Made by a program: the position numbers and the translations under genes. Below are positions 1 through 9,251 of a DNA stretch of 64,000 nt, piece after piece (position 1 is the stretch's first letter; the number at the start of each line of letters is the position of its first letter). Origin of the DNA: a bacterium (GTDB taxonomy: Bacteria > Patescibacteriota > Microgenomatia > Curtissbacterales > GWA2-41-24); the NCBI GenBank assembly GCA_021813945.1, contig JAKAJD010000001.1:496412-560411 (forward strand), in the 5' to 3' direction. The notes under the pieces are model-generated. The model did no database searches. It was not told where the DNA came from and worked only from the letters and a program-made list of their open reading frames with translations.

Positions 1-251
1 GCTAGTGTAAATACCCAGCGTTCAAAACTACCCTCTTTGTATTCCATTCCCATATTTCTATTTATAAGCCAACTATCATTAGTTTCTGTTTTGCCTTGCT
101 CTAGCCTGCTGCGCATTGCATCTTTTTCGCCGGCAAGGCCAACAGCCTGCGGACATACTTGACGCAGTAAGGAAAGTTTAGCATCACAAGCTTCCGCTTC
201 TATTTCTATAAGCCCATCCCAAAGACGACTAATCTTATCTTGTTCAGCCAT
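1..251 (-). CDS. Hypothetical protein, partial (runs off window start)
   Basis: ATG at 251 directly after the tsf stop; frame MAEQDKISRLWDGLIEIE... stays open to base 1; not in the ORF track. Confidence 0.5.
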   Translation of the reverse strand, partial: MAEQDKISRLWDGLIEIEAEACDAKLSLLRQVCPQAVGLAGEKDAMRSRLEQGKTETNDSWLINRNMGMEYKEGSFERWVFTL

Positions 252-710
252 TTAATTTCCTAGCTCAAACCTGATAAACCTTTTGACTACTATATTCTCC
301 CCAACTTTGGCAATTGTTTCTTTAACCAAATCGGAAACCTTTTTGGAAGAATCGCGAATATAATCCTGCGCTTCAAAATCTTTAACATCCTTCGGGTCCA
401 TTGCTGCAATTTGCATCGCCAGCTCGTGCGCCAGATTCTTAAACTCGTCAGTTCTTGCCACAAAATCCGTTTCGCAGTTAACTTCTACCATCGCCCCGAC
501 TTTTCCACCACCGTGGATATATGTTTCTACCAAGCCTGCGCCGGCAACACGGTCCGATTTACTCGCTGCTTTTTCAATCCCCCAGCTTTTAACAAGCTCT
601 TCCGCCTTTTTAAAATCGCCCTTTGCTTCCTCAAGCGCTTTTCTGGAATCCGCAATCCCGGCACCGGTTTTCTCGCGAAGTTTTTTGATGTCCTCAATCT
701 TAATTTGCAT
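252..710 (-). CDS. tsf: Elongation factor Ts (short form)
   Basis: IKKLREKTGAG UBA-like N-terminus, EVNCETDFVA motif, GENIVVKRF end; downstream of rpsB. Confidence 0.97.
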   Translation of the reverse strand: MQIKIEDIKKLREKTGAGIADSRKALEEAKGDFKKAEELVKSWGIEKAASKSDRVAGAGLVETYIHGGGKVGAMVEVNCETDFVARTDEFKNLAHELAMQIAAMDPKDVKDFEAQDYIRDSSKKVSDLVKETIAKVGENIVVKRFIRFELGN

Positions 711-1566
711 CTTTTTTTGCTTGAATCTTTGGCTGTTCGTCTTTAGTTAAGGTCAGGTCTTTTTCTTGGGATCCGGCCTGGGTTAAGGCCTGACCTTTTT
801 GCACAGCCTGACCTTTTTGCACAACCTCTGCAGCAGACTCTCCAGCAAGTGCCACCTTTTGCTGCGCGCTCTTCTTCTCAAACTTTTCCCGCCCGCTCTT
901 ATATGCATCTGCTATAGCGGCAGTAATAATCGCAATCGATTTTATGGCGTCGTCATTTCCAGGAATCGGGTAGTCGACTAGGTTTAAATCCGCATTCGTG
1001 TCGCAAATTGCAACAACCGGTACACCTTTATTTTTAGCCTCCCGGCAAGCGTTTTCTTCGCGCTTAACGTCGATAATGAAAATTGCATCGGGAAGTTTGG
1101 CAAGTTCTTCAACTCCGCCATAAAAGCGGGTCAACTTAGCAATATCTCGGTCTATCAAAAGCTGTTCTTTTTTAGTCCTGTCCTTAAACTCGCCAGTAGC
1201 TTTTTTCTCCTTTAAATCCTTAAGCTTTTTGAGACTTTTGCTGGTTTGCTCAAAGTTAGTAAGAAGTCCACCGATCCAGCGCTCGGTAATGTGCATTGCG
1301 CCAGCTTTTTGGGCTTCTTCCAAAACAATCGATCGGGCTTGTTTTTTTGAACCCAAAAAAATGATAATTCCGCCTGCTTCTCCAATTTTTTCAACAAAAT
1401 TTACAGCTTCTTCCAATTTTGGCACCGTTTGCCCTAAATCTATAACATGAACTCCGTCGCGGGCTCCAAAAATATACTGGTTCATCTTTGGATTCCAACG
1501 ACGTACTTGATGACCGAAGTGGACTCCGGCTTCCAAAAGATCCTGCATTGACGGTACTTTTGACAT
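700..1566 (-). CDS. rpsB: 30S ribosomal protein S2 with C-terminal extension
   Basis: LLEAGVHFGHQ..RWNPKM, RWIGGLLTN, PGNDDA motifs. Confidence 0.99.
   Translation of the reverse strand: MSKVPSMQDLLEAGVHFGHQVRRWNPKMNQYIFGARDGVHVIDLGQTVPKLEEAVNFVEKIGEAGGIIIFLGSKKQARSIVLEEAQKAGAMHITERWIGGLLTNFEQTSKSLKKLKDLKEKKATGEFKDRTKKEQLLIDRDIAKLTRFYGGVEELAKLPDAIFIIDVKREENACREAKNKGVPVVAICDTNADLNLVDYPIPGNDDAIKSIAIITAAIADAYKSGREKFEKKSAQQKVALAGESAAEVVQKGQAVQKGQALTQAGSQEKDLTLTKDEQPKIQAKKDAN
749..823. repeat. Palindromic doublet element inside rpsB, plus 18-bp tandem duplication
   Basis: aaggtcaggtctt (749) and aaggcctgacctt (785); gcctgacctttttgcaca repeated at 788 and 806. Confidence 0.9.
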
Positions 1567-1722
1567 ATCTTAAATTTATGGGAACAAGCGTGCGTCGTTA
1601 GTCTTTAGACGTTAGACTCTCAAACTTGTCTCCTTTTTCCTCCGCAGGACATGTAGAGTCAGGAGACTTATCCTGCGTGCGAATTAAGGGAAACTATAGC
1701 ACAAAGAAATGTAAAGAATCAA
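1567..1722 (-). promoter_or_regulatory. rpsB promoter and structured 5' leader
   Basis: TTGATT (1722-1717), 18-nt spacer, TGc-TATAGT (1698-1693); complementary blocks GCAGGA/TCCTGC, GTCTCCT/AGGAGAC, GACTCT/AGAGTC in the leader. Confidence 0.6.
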
Positions 1723-1956
1723 TTAGTGGCGGCCAGCCCGATTTCCGCCACGCGGTGAATGAACAGAACGCGATCTCAATTTGTCACCATCCGGCCAAGT
1801 TACTAGACCTAAATCAATTCTTCTATAAACTCTTCCACCAGCTTTCGTGAAACCCTGGTATCTTATGTCTTGATAAGCTCCAAAGACGCGGTTTAATTGT
1901 CTTTCGCTCGCCTCCAGTGGAAACGGCTCGCGACCTTTTGCTTCTTTGCCGTTCAT
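1723..1956 (-). CDS. Hypothetical protein
   Basis: 77-aa ORF overlapping the upstream ORF by ATGA. Confidence 0.45.
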   Translation of the reverse strand: MNGKEAKGREPFPLEASERQLNRVFGAYQDIRYQGFTKAGGRVYRRIDLGLVTWPDGDKLRSRSVHSPRGGNRAGRH

Positions 1957-2162
1957 TGCCCTCTTTCGACCCCGCCACTTTGAGGCACTTCAACATTTCT
2001 TGCAGTCTCAGCGTTGCCTTCATCTGACTGAATACGACCAGACACTTGTTCAGCACTTAACCTTGCAGCGAAAGCTCGTGTTTCGGGATTTGGCAAAAAA
2101 TCCCCCACGATGTATCTTCTCCTCTGAAAATTACTTCTATGTACTCTAAATTTTCCGTCCAT
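1953..2162 (-). CDS. Hypothetical protein (likely start ATG 2162)
   Basis: ORF downstream of a TTGACA-18-TAAAAT promoter at 2241-2212. Confidence 0.45.
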   Translation of the reverse strand: MDGKFRVHRSNFQRRRYIVGDFLPNPETRAFAARLSAEQVSGRIQSDEGNAETARNVEVPQSGGVERGQ

Positions 2163-2250
2163 TTTTCCAAAATAAAAATCGGCAGGAAAAATTTCTTGCC
2201 AACTTATGTGAATTTTATTAAAAAGGCACAAAGCCTGTCAATAAAAGGTG

Positions 2251-2523
2251 CTAAAAGCTTATGCGCTCCTTACCTTTCCCGAGCAAAGCGTGCCTCTTGC
2301 CCCTATAATACTCCGAAAGTTCACGCGCATGCTCCGGCGTCATCCCTTCCAATCGATTGATTGCTTCCACTACATCTCTATAATCAACTTGCCTAGCTAA
2401 AAAACCTTTTAAAAATGCCTCCTCATCTTCTCTTGGTTTAAAAACACCTTCATTGTGAACCCCATCGCCACCGTTACTTAACCCTCTCCTAAAATTCAAA
2501 GGCGCTGCCAAATGGAATTTCAT
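2251..2523 (-). CDS. Hypothetical protein
   Basis: 90-aa ORF with GGGGGTGA upstream. Confidence 0.55.
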   Translation of the reverse strand: MKFHLAAPLNFRRGLSNGGDGVHNEGVFKPREDEEAFLKGFLARQVDYRDVVEAINRLEGMTPEHARELSEYYRGKRHALLGKGKERISF

Positions 2524-2638
2524 TCTTCACCCCCTTTTCGACACACATAATTTTATACCTACTCGTCAATAATTTCTTATTTTATACCCGCCAACTTCTT
2601 AGGCCCGCAGTCGATCAAATCGACGAGGACCGCAAGAA

Positions 2639-4411
2639 TCACTTGATACTTGCAAGCTTCTTATCAATTCTCATTTCACTTTCGCGCCTGGCCAAATCGT
2701 ATTTGTTAAAATCCACAAACTTCAAAACATTAACCAGTGTTGGATGGATTTTGGCTACGGCTTCCACCTTTAAATGTTCAATTCTTCTGTAGTCCGGATG
2801 TCCCTGCGGTCCTGTCCTAAGTTCTGCTTCCCAAGCAAGTTCCCTCAAATTTTCCCACTGGTACCAGCGGATTTTATGCCCCATCATCACAACATACTGG
2901 GCTTGGTCCGGATAACGCTTTTTGATCTTCCTGTAAAACTTATCGATTTTCCCCGCCGCATCAACATACGGCTTTTCTAACTTAGCACTGACCAAATCAG
3001 GCGGCACGTCAAACCCTAATTCCGTAGTAAGCCTTTGGCGCTCTTGTGTCAACATCCTGTGACGGTGAAGATCTCGATAGCAGCCAAAATTGGCAATCAG
3101 GTCGAACTTGTAATATGTGTTTTCGAAAGCCCGGACCAATCTATGCTGACGCACACCCCGCCCGGCAATAGCCTTTTTGACAATTGAAAGCTTTTGGTTT
3201 GGCTTCATTTTCAAAACTGCTTCTTTGATCTGATGATAGGAAAGTGTCGAGTACTTGTATAGAAGGCTTGCAACAATTCTGTCTTCGGCGTCTGCATCCC
3301 ATTCCACAAGTTCGACATCGCCTCCTTCGCTAAGGCCAAACCTTTTTCCAAGTGAATCGAGTGCTAAGGTCTGGCCTTTTTCATTGTTAAGGCCAGGCCT
3401 TAACGCTTGAGTGTCCGAGGTAAGGGCCTGGCCTTTACCTAGGCTTGCTGCCAGATCCTCCAACGCCTTTTCCGTCTTCGCCACATACTTTTGGTAAATC
3501 CTTCCCTTTTCACTTGTTGCCCGCTCCACCATCGAAGGGATTACTTCCATCATTTCCCTTTGCGCTGCTTTTCCAATTTCCCGAATTTCCGAAAGTGGCG
3601 ATGCCAAACACTTGGTAATCACATATTCAAAGGCTTGCCCGACACCAAAAAATCCAACATTGGTCAGCGTACCTGCCGGCAAGTACGCCCGCAAAACATC
3701 GTAGGCTTTGGCATTCATCGTTTCACGATATGCCCGGTCGCTTTGCCCTTCTTCCTGCTTAAACTTTCGCCTTAAATATTTAGAAAGGGGCTCCAAAGAC
3801 TCGGAATAGCGCCGAAAAAGCATATTGGAAAGTCGAAGGTACTCGGCCCCGTAAGAAGATTTCGCCAAATTCGGGTCTACAAAATACTGCCAGCTGCCTA
3901 AAACCTTCGTATCAAAAGCTACATAGCGGGTCGATTTTTCCAGTGGCGCAAAGCCGATCCTGAAATCCTCCAGAGTTTTTGTGGCAATTTGCGAAACACC
4001 TTCCAAAAATAAATGCGCTCCGGCCATCTGCGCTATAGAATCATCGCCATAGGCGGCAAGCCACCTTGCAAAGAAACTTCTAGCCCGTTTACTATTTACA
4101 ACTGCTTCCCAGCCGCCATGTGTGTGCAGGAAATCTACAAAAGCTATAAGTTCCTTCTTCATAACCTCCGCCTCTTTTTGCGATTTAGAATCAACACCCT
4201 CCAAATTGGGTTCCAAAATTGGCTTTATGTACTCATCGAAAAATAGTCGGCGCACTCCTTTTGTGGATCTCGAATATCGGGATGCTAGTGCTCCCAAAAC
4301 TTCACTCGGCAAGTACTTCGCCGCAAAAATGTTTTTGTCTAAATTAGTAAAAAACGGGGAAATATACCAAGCCTCTTCTTTTGTAAATTTTTCAACCGGA
4401 AATTTATTCAT
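2639..4411 (-). CDS. thyX: FAD-dependent thymidylate synthase, double-domain form
   Basis: ASRYSRS, YGDDSIAQ, EKSTRY in the first half; RDLHRHR..TQERQ and ELRT..QGHPDYR in the second; lies with dcd and tmk. Confidence 0.92.
   Translation of the reverse strand: MNKFPVEKFTKEEAWYISPFFTNLDKNIFAAKYLPSEVLGALASRYSRSTKGVRRLFFDEYIKPILEPNLEGVDSKSQKEAEVMKKELIAFVDFLHTHGGWEAVVNSKRARSFFARWLAAYGDDSIAQMAGAHLFLEGVSQIATKTLEDFRIGFAPLEKSTRYVAFDTKVLGSWQYFVDPNLAKSSYGAEYLRLSNMLFRRYSESLEPLSKYLRRKFKQEEGQSDRAYRETMNAKAYDVLRAYLPAGTLTNVGFFGVGQAFEYVITKCLASPLSEIREIGKAAQREMMEVIPSMVERATSEKGRIYQKYVAKTEKALEDLAASLGKGQALTSDTQALRPGLNNEKGQTLALDSLGKRFGLSEGGDVELVEWDADAEDRIVASLLYKYSTLSYHQIKEAVLKMKPNQKLSIVKKAIAGRGVRQHRLVRAFENTYYKFDLIANFGCYRDLHRHRMLTQERQRLTTELGFDVPPDLVSAKLEKPYVDAAGKIDKFYRKIKKRYPDQAQYVVMMGHKIRWYQWENLRELAWEAELRTGPQGHPDYRRIEHLKVEAVAKIHPTLVNVLKFVDFNKYDLARRESEMRIDKKLASIK
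3332..3436. repeat. Palindromic element cluster (4 cores) inside thyX
   Basis: Cores at 3332 (degenerate), 3366, 3389 and 3423. Confidence 0.9.
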
Positions 4412-4931
4412 AAGATTTTTTTAGCCAGTTTAAAACCTCCCTATCCCAAAATTTCCGGACCCATTTACTTTTGGTTTCATAAAGTAAAATTCTTTTTAGT
4501 CTATCGATTCCAAGCCATTTCACTTCGTCTATTTCATCTTCTTCTAACTTAAATTTAGTAGCATTCGAAAATAAAGCAAAAACACCCTGAAATTCCGCAT
4601 GTTTCGGCTTGTTACTTTTAAAAACGTTGTAAAATTTAAAATCCTTTTTATAGACTTTTATCCCTAACTCTTCCGAAACTTCCGAACAGGCGTTATCCAA
4701 ATAGTCTTCACCCGGCGCAAGATGCCCTCCGAAAAACGCTTCCCAAAATCCTGGATTTTGGTCTTTTTTTAAAGATCTCCTTTGGCATAAGATCTCCTTT
4801 TTTGAATTGATTATCCAGACACCGCTTGTCCTATGCCACATCCTTTTGCCGTGAACTATCTTCCTCGGTTTCGGTGCTAAAGGCTGATTATTTTCGTCAA
4901 CGACAAATAGCAACTCATCCTTATTTATCAT
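4404..4931 (-). CDS. NUDIX hydrolase (Idi-like)
   Basis: GGHLAPGE..NACSEVSEELG Nudix box; WHRT..VWI and LCQRRS..K..PG. Confidence 0.88.
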   Translation of the reverse strand: MINKDELLFVVDENNQPLAPKPRKIVHGKRMWHRTSGVWIINSKKEILCQRRSLKKDQNPGFWEAFFGGHLAPGEDYLDNACSEVSEELGIKVYKKDFKFYNVFKSNKPKHAEFQGVFALFSNATKFKLEEDEIDEVKWLGIDRLKRILLYETKSKWVRKFWDREVLNWLKKSYE

Positions 4932-5505
4932 TTACGTGCTCGATAACTTCCTTTGCAATTTTCTCTTTAGCCTTTGTCCCGTCCAAAACAATAAATTTAA
5001 ATTCTTTTGCCAAATCCAAATAATTTTTTCTGACTTTTTCCAAAAATTTCTCTTTTTCAAAAAGCTCTTTTTTACCTCTCGAAGTTTTAATACGCTTCAT
5101 CGCAGTAGGAACCGGCACATCCACCAAAAAAGTGGTGTCCGGCATAGGAAAATTTGGGCTAAGGCCTCTTAACCATTTGCCATCCAGATTTAACTGCCCG
5201 TATGCATAAGTTGAAAAATAATACCTGTCGGAGATGACAACTTTGTCAGTCTTGAGAGAAGGCAATATCAATTTGTCCAAATGGTCTGCCCTGTCGGCAC
5301 TATACATTAACTGCAATGCCTCCCAGGAGAATTTAACCTCTCCCCTTAACGCCTTTCGAATTAATTTGCCAATCGGCCCATCGGTTGGCTCACAGGTTTC
5401 AACAACCTTTTTGCCTTTTGATTTTAAGTATTTAAAAAGAAGGTTTGTTTGAGTTGTAGACCCGGCCCCGTCTATTCCCTCGAAAACTATGAACTTTCCC
5501 TTCAT
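4921..5505 (-). CDS. tmk: Thymidylate kinase
   Basis: FEGIDGAGSTTQ P-loop variant, EPT, ADRADH, SDRY. Confidence 0.95.
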   Translation of the reverse strand: MKGKFIVFEGIDGAGSTTQTNLLFKYLKSKGKKVVETCEPTDGPIGKLIRKALRGEVKFSWEALQLMYSADRADHLDKLILPSLKTDKVVISDRYYFSTYAYGQLNLDGKWLRGLSPNFPMPDTTFLVDVPVPTAMKRIKTSRGKKELFEKEKFLEKVRKNYLDLAKEFKFIVLDGTKAKEKIAKEVIEHVNDK

Positions 5506-6743
5506 GCTTTGTGGATTTTAGAAGCAACAGCTTTCCTGGAACCCGAATATCTGTCCGACCTTGAGCCTTCGTATTTCATTTTGACAGGCGCAGACAATTT
5601 TTCAAAAGTAAATGCACAAATCGCCATTCCGCAATATAAAATTGCGGGCTTTGGCCCTAGATTTCCAAGTTCCAATACCGGCGCCCCGTTCCACCCCGGA
5701 TCAAACCGAGCTGCCGTTGAATGCACCAAAATCCCTAACCTCGCCAGCGAAGATTTACCTTCCAATCTTCCCAAAACATCTGCCGGCAACTTCAAAACCT
5801 CCGAAGTAGATGCAATCGCAAAAGCTCCGGGTTCCAAAATAAACGGATCGCCCTCTGACAAATTTATCTCCTCCATTGCATCTTCAGGCAAACCCCGCCT
5901 TGTATCTATAAACCTGTAAGCACCGGCCCTAAAAAGCTTAATGTTTGTTCCAAGATGAAAATCCATAGAAACCTGGTCAATCTTTTCCCTCCAGTCGGAA
6001 GTCAACGGGTCGATCTTGATCGTTCCTTTTTCTATAAGCTCAGCAATCTGCCAATCCGCCAAAATCCCGGCACCCTCAGTAATTTTTAACTTTTTAATTT
6101 TGACTTTTGACTTTTTATCTTGTTTCATTTGCCGGAAGTAATCATAAATTATCTGACTCCAGGTTTCCATATTTTTATAGGAACGGCCCAGCTGCGCCAT
6201 TGAAACGAGCTCTCCGCTTTTATGCTCGTCTTTTACCTGAATTTTGTCACTATCGCCAACCAAATGGATTACCAGACCTACATGCACTAAGCCGACATCG
6301 TTCGAATCGTCATTTATAATCCCCAAAAAGTTAGCTTTGTAGTTTCCCGAAAAATCAATCTCTTCGGCAAATTCACGCTTGGCCCAACCCAAAAGCCCTT
6401 GCCCGTTCATGTCGCGGCGATTTATATGGCCGCCAATTCCGATTGAATACTTATTGGAAAGACGTTTGTCTGTATGGTCACCTTTTCGGCGCATCAAAAA
6501 AATCTTGCCGTTGTGCTCAAAAATTAAATAAGGGATTATTTGCTGCCACCTTGCATCCGATTCAACTTCGCCTCTTGCCATAAACCTGTGCTTGGAATTT
6601 ATGGTGTTTATGTATTTCTGGACGTTATCGCCCCTTAAGCCGTGCCAAATTCCGCCGGCAAAAATATCGGATCTTGAAACGACCATAACCCGTTCTTCGT
6701 GTTTAGATCCAATTGGTGATTTTTTCTGAGATTTCTTAGGCAT
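5502..6743 (-). CDS. dcd: NUDIX-like phosphoesterase fused to dCTP deaminase
   Basis: N-terminal QIIPY, SIGIGGHIN, REFAEE, DVGLVHVG; C-terminal GKSSLARLG..VH.TAARFDPGW.G..VLE. Confidence 0.88.
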   Translation of the reverse strand: MPKKSQKKSPIGSKHEERVMVVSRSDIFAGGIWHGLRGDNVQKYINTINSKHRFMARGEVESDARWQQIIPYLIFEHNGKIFLMRRKGDHTDKRLSNKYSIGIGGHINRRDMNGQGLLGWAKREFAEEIDFSGNYKANFLGIINDDSNDVGLVHVGLVIHLVGDSDKIQVKDEHKSGELVSMAQLGRSYKNMETWSQIIYDYFRQMKQDKKSKVKIKKLKITEGAGILADWQIAELIEKGTIKIDPLTSDWREKIDQVSMDFHLGTNIKLFRAGAYRFIDTRRGLPEDAMEEINLSEGDPFILEPGAFAIASTSEVLKLPADVLGRLEGKSSLARLGILVHSTAARFDPGWNGAPVLELGNLGPKPAILYCGMAICAFTFEKLSAPVKMKYEGSRSDRYSGSRKAVASKIHKA

Positions 6744-6817
6744 TGTCTAGTCCGGGACAGGAGATTTAACCAGATACGAGTATATTCGAAGAAGGCCTTT
6801 TTGTCACGCCCCGTGTT

Positions 6818-6862
6818 AAGGGCAGGTCTTAGGCCAGGCTTACCCTTGTAAGGTCTGCCCTT
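6818..6862. repeat. Palindromic element overlapping the topA stop codon
   Basis: aagggcaggtctt (6818) and aaggtctgccctt (6850). Confidence 0.85.
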
Positions 6863-8849
6863 TTTCCTCTGGTTTAGAAACTTCCAATTTCGGCTTCGTC
6901 CAGCTTGCAAACTTACATTTTGGCCAATTGCTGCATCCCCAAAAAGTTTTTCCCCGTTTTGTCCTGCGGGTTACCACGTCACCGGTTTTACAATCCGGGC
7001 ATTTCATACCCGTTTCCTCATTTAAAGCTTTTGTGTTTTTACAATCCGGAAAACCCGAACATGCCAAAAACTTTCCAAACCTTCCGTATCTAACCACCAT
7101 TGGCTTTCCGCATTTGTCGCAAATCTCGTCCGTAGTTTCCACTTCGACTTTCATTTTGTCTGCCTCCTCGGCAACCTTTTCGACCTTCGCTTCAAACGGC
7201 CCCCAAAATTTCTTCATGGTTGGCGGCATTTCTGCCTTACCCTGAGCGATACTATCCAAATCGTCCTCCATCTCCGCCGTAAACGAATAATCGAAAATGT
7301 CGGAAAAATATTTCATCAGAAAATCGATCGTTGTTTTTCCAATCGGCGTCGGTGCGATTTTCTTGCCTTCCATTTTTTCTATATATAACCTGTCGTATAA
7401 AGTTGAAATTGTCGGTGCATAAGTAGAAGGCCTGCCAATCCCGTTTTTCTCCAAGTCGCGGATTAGTGTTGCCTCGGTATACCTTGCTGGCGGTTCAGTG
7501 AATTTCTGTTGAGGATTGATATTTTTGAAGTCGAGCGCTTCACCTTTTACCAAAGTTGGCAACACCTGTTCTGTGATCGGTGCCTTTTCGTAAACCTTAT
7601 ACCAACCGTCAAATTTTATCTGCTGACCCGTAGCCCTCAAAAGATATTTTTGAGAGGTGGCACTTGCCTCAACCTCAACCGCCGTTTCATTAACAACCGC
7701 TTCGGCCATTTGGCAAACAACCATCCGCTTCCATATCAGGTCGTAAAGTTTTTTCTCGTCCGGGCTTCCATCTATCGACTGACGGGAAACATTGGTCGGC
7801 CTAATTGCTTCATGCGCTTCCTGTGCCAACCTCGATTTGACCTTGTATGCCCGCGGCTTTTCCGGTAAATAATTCCTCCCGTAATTTTCTTCAATAAACT
7901 TTCTTGTCGCAGAAACGGCTTGAGGCGACAAATTCACGGAATCTGTTCTCATATAAGTAATCAGTCCGTTTTCATAAAGGCTTTGGGCAACACTCATTGT
8001 GCGCTTTGGCACAAACCCCAAAACGTTAGCTGCCCGCTGCTGCAAGGTTGAAGTTGTAAATGGAGGATTCGGATATTTTTTAACTTCTTTCGACTCAACC
8101 GAAGAGACAGAATAGTCGGAAACCTTAAGGTCTGAAACTGCTTGATCCGCTTCCTTTTGATTTTTAACTTCGGCTTTCTTCCCGTTGATCTTGGCAAGCG
8201 TAATTACAAACTGGTCTCTGGCCTCTGGTTGCTGGCGACTAACTTCTACTTCAATCACCCAGTATTCTTCACTCTTGAACGCTTCTATTTCCCGCTCCCT
8301 TTCAACAACCAGACGCAAAGCTACCGATTGCACCCTGCCAGCCGAAAGCTTGCTTTTGACCTTTTTCCACAAAAGCGGCGAGAGCTTGTAACCGACTAAT
8401 CGATCCAGAATTCGCCTTGCCTGTTGGGCCTCCACCAGATTTTGGTCCAAATCCCTTGGATGCGAAAATGCATCCAGTACCGCGTCTTTTGTAATTTCAT
8501 GGAAAACGACACGCTGGTATTTTTGCCTTGCCATTTTTGCTTTGGATTTCTGCTCAATAACCTTAAGCAAATTCCATGCAATAGCTTCCCCTTCCCGGTC
8601 AGGGTCGGTGGCAAGGTATAAATTGGTAACACCCTCTGTAGATTTAACCAGCTGGTTGACCATCTTCATTTTGTTTTTGGGAATTACGTACTTCGGCTCG
8701 AAGTTGTGATCCACATCCACGCCAAATTCGCCTTTTGGCAAATCACGAACGTGCCCCATCGAAGCCAATATTTGATAGTCGCTTCCCAAATACTGGGTAA
8801 GCGTCCTTGCTTTGGTTGGCGACTCAACAATAACTAAATTTTTCGACAT
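6840..8849 (-). CDS. topA: DNA topoisomerase I
   Basis: VIVESPTK, ATDPDREGE, SAGRVQS, ITYMRTDS, two C4 zinc ribbons. Confidence 0.99.
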   Translation of the reverse strand: MSKNLVIVESPTKARTLTQYLGSDYQILASMGHVRDLPKGEFGVDVDHNFEPKYVIPKNKMKMVNQLVKSTEGVTNLYLATDPDREGEAIAWNLLKVIEQKSKAKMARQKYQRVVFHEITKDAVLDAFSHPRDLDQNLVEAQQARRILDRLVGYKLSPLLWKKVKSKLSAGRVQSVALRLVVEREREIEAFKSEEYWVIEVEVSRQQPEARDQFVITLAKINGKKAEVKNQKEADQAVSDLKVSDYSVSSVESKEVKKYPNPPFTTSTLQQRAANVLGFVPKRTMSVAQSLYENGLITYMRTDSVNLSPQAVSATRKFIEENYGRNYLPEKPRAYKVKSRLAQEAHEAIRPTNVSRQSIDGSPDEKKLYDLIWKRMVVCQMAEAVVNETAVEVEASATSQKYLLRATGQQIKFDGWYKVYEKAPITEQVLPTLVKGEALDFKNINPQQKFTEPPARYTEATLIRDLEKNGIGRPSTYAPTISTLYDRLYIEKMEGKKIAPTPIGKTTIDFLMKYFSDIFDYSFTAEMEDDLDSIAQGKAEMPPTMKKFWGPFEAKVEKVAEEADKMKVEVETTDEICDKCGKPMVVRYGRFGKFLACSGFPDCKNTKALNEETGMKCPDCKTGDVVTRRTKRGKTFWGCSNWPKCKFASWTKPKLEVSKPEEKGQTLQG

Positions 8850-8930
8850 AAACAGTGGTTTTTACTTTCCTATCTTTGTACCATCCTTGTCAAGAGCTAA
8901 AGCTTAATTGTAAACTTGTGCTTAAGGTAA

Positions 8931-9251
8931 ATGGCTACAATTGACGACTTCCAAAAACTTGCAATAAAAATCGGAACAATCCGCTCCGCCGAAAAAGTTG
9001 AGGGATCCAGCAAACTTTTAAAGCTTGATATCGACTTAGGTCACGAACGCCGCCAAATTTTGGCCGGCATTGGCGAAAAATACGACCCAAAAGACCTTAA
9101 AGGCAAACAGGTTCCGATTATTGCCAATTTGGAACCGCGAATGCTGATGGGACTTGAATCTCAAGGTATGATTTTGGCAGCCGACAAAAACGGCGAGCCG
9201 ATTTTAATTTCCCCTGCCGAAAAAGTCGCCAATGGCACCCAAGTCAGATAA
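8931..9251 (+). CDS. tRNA-binding OB-fold protein (MetRS C-terminal/Trbp111/CsaA family)
   Basis: DDFQKL.IKIG, KLLKL.IDLG..RQILAG, NLEPR..MG.ESQGMIL. Confidence 0.9.
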   Translation: MATIDDFQKLAIKIGTIRSAEKVEGSSKLLKLDIDLGHERRQILAGIGEKYDPKDLKGKQVPIIANLEPRMLMGLESQGMILAADKNGEPILISPAEKVANGTQVR

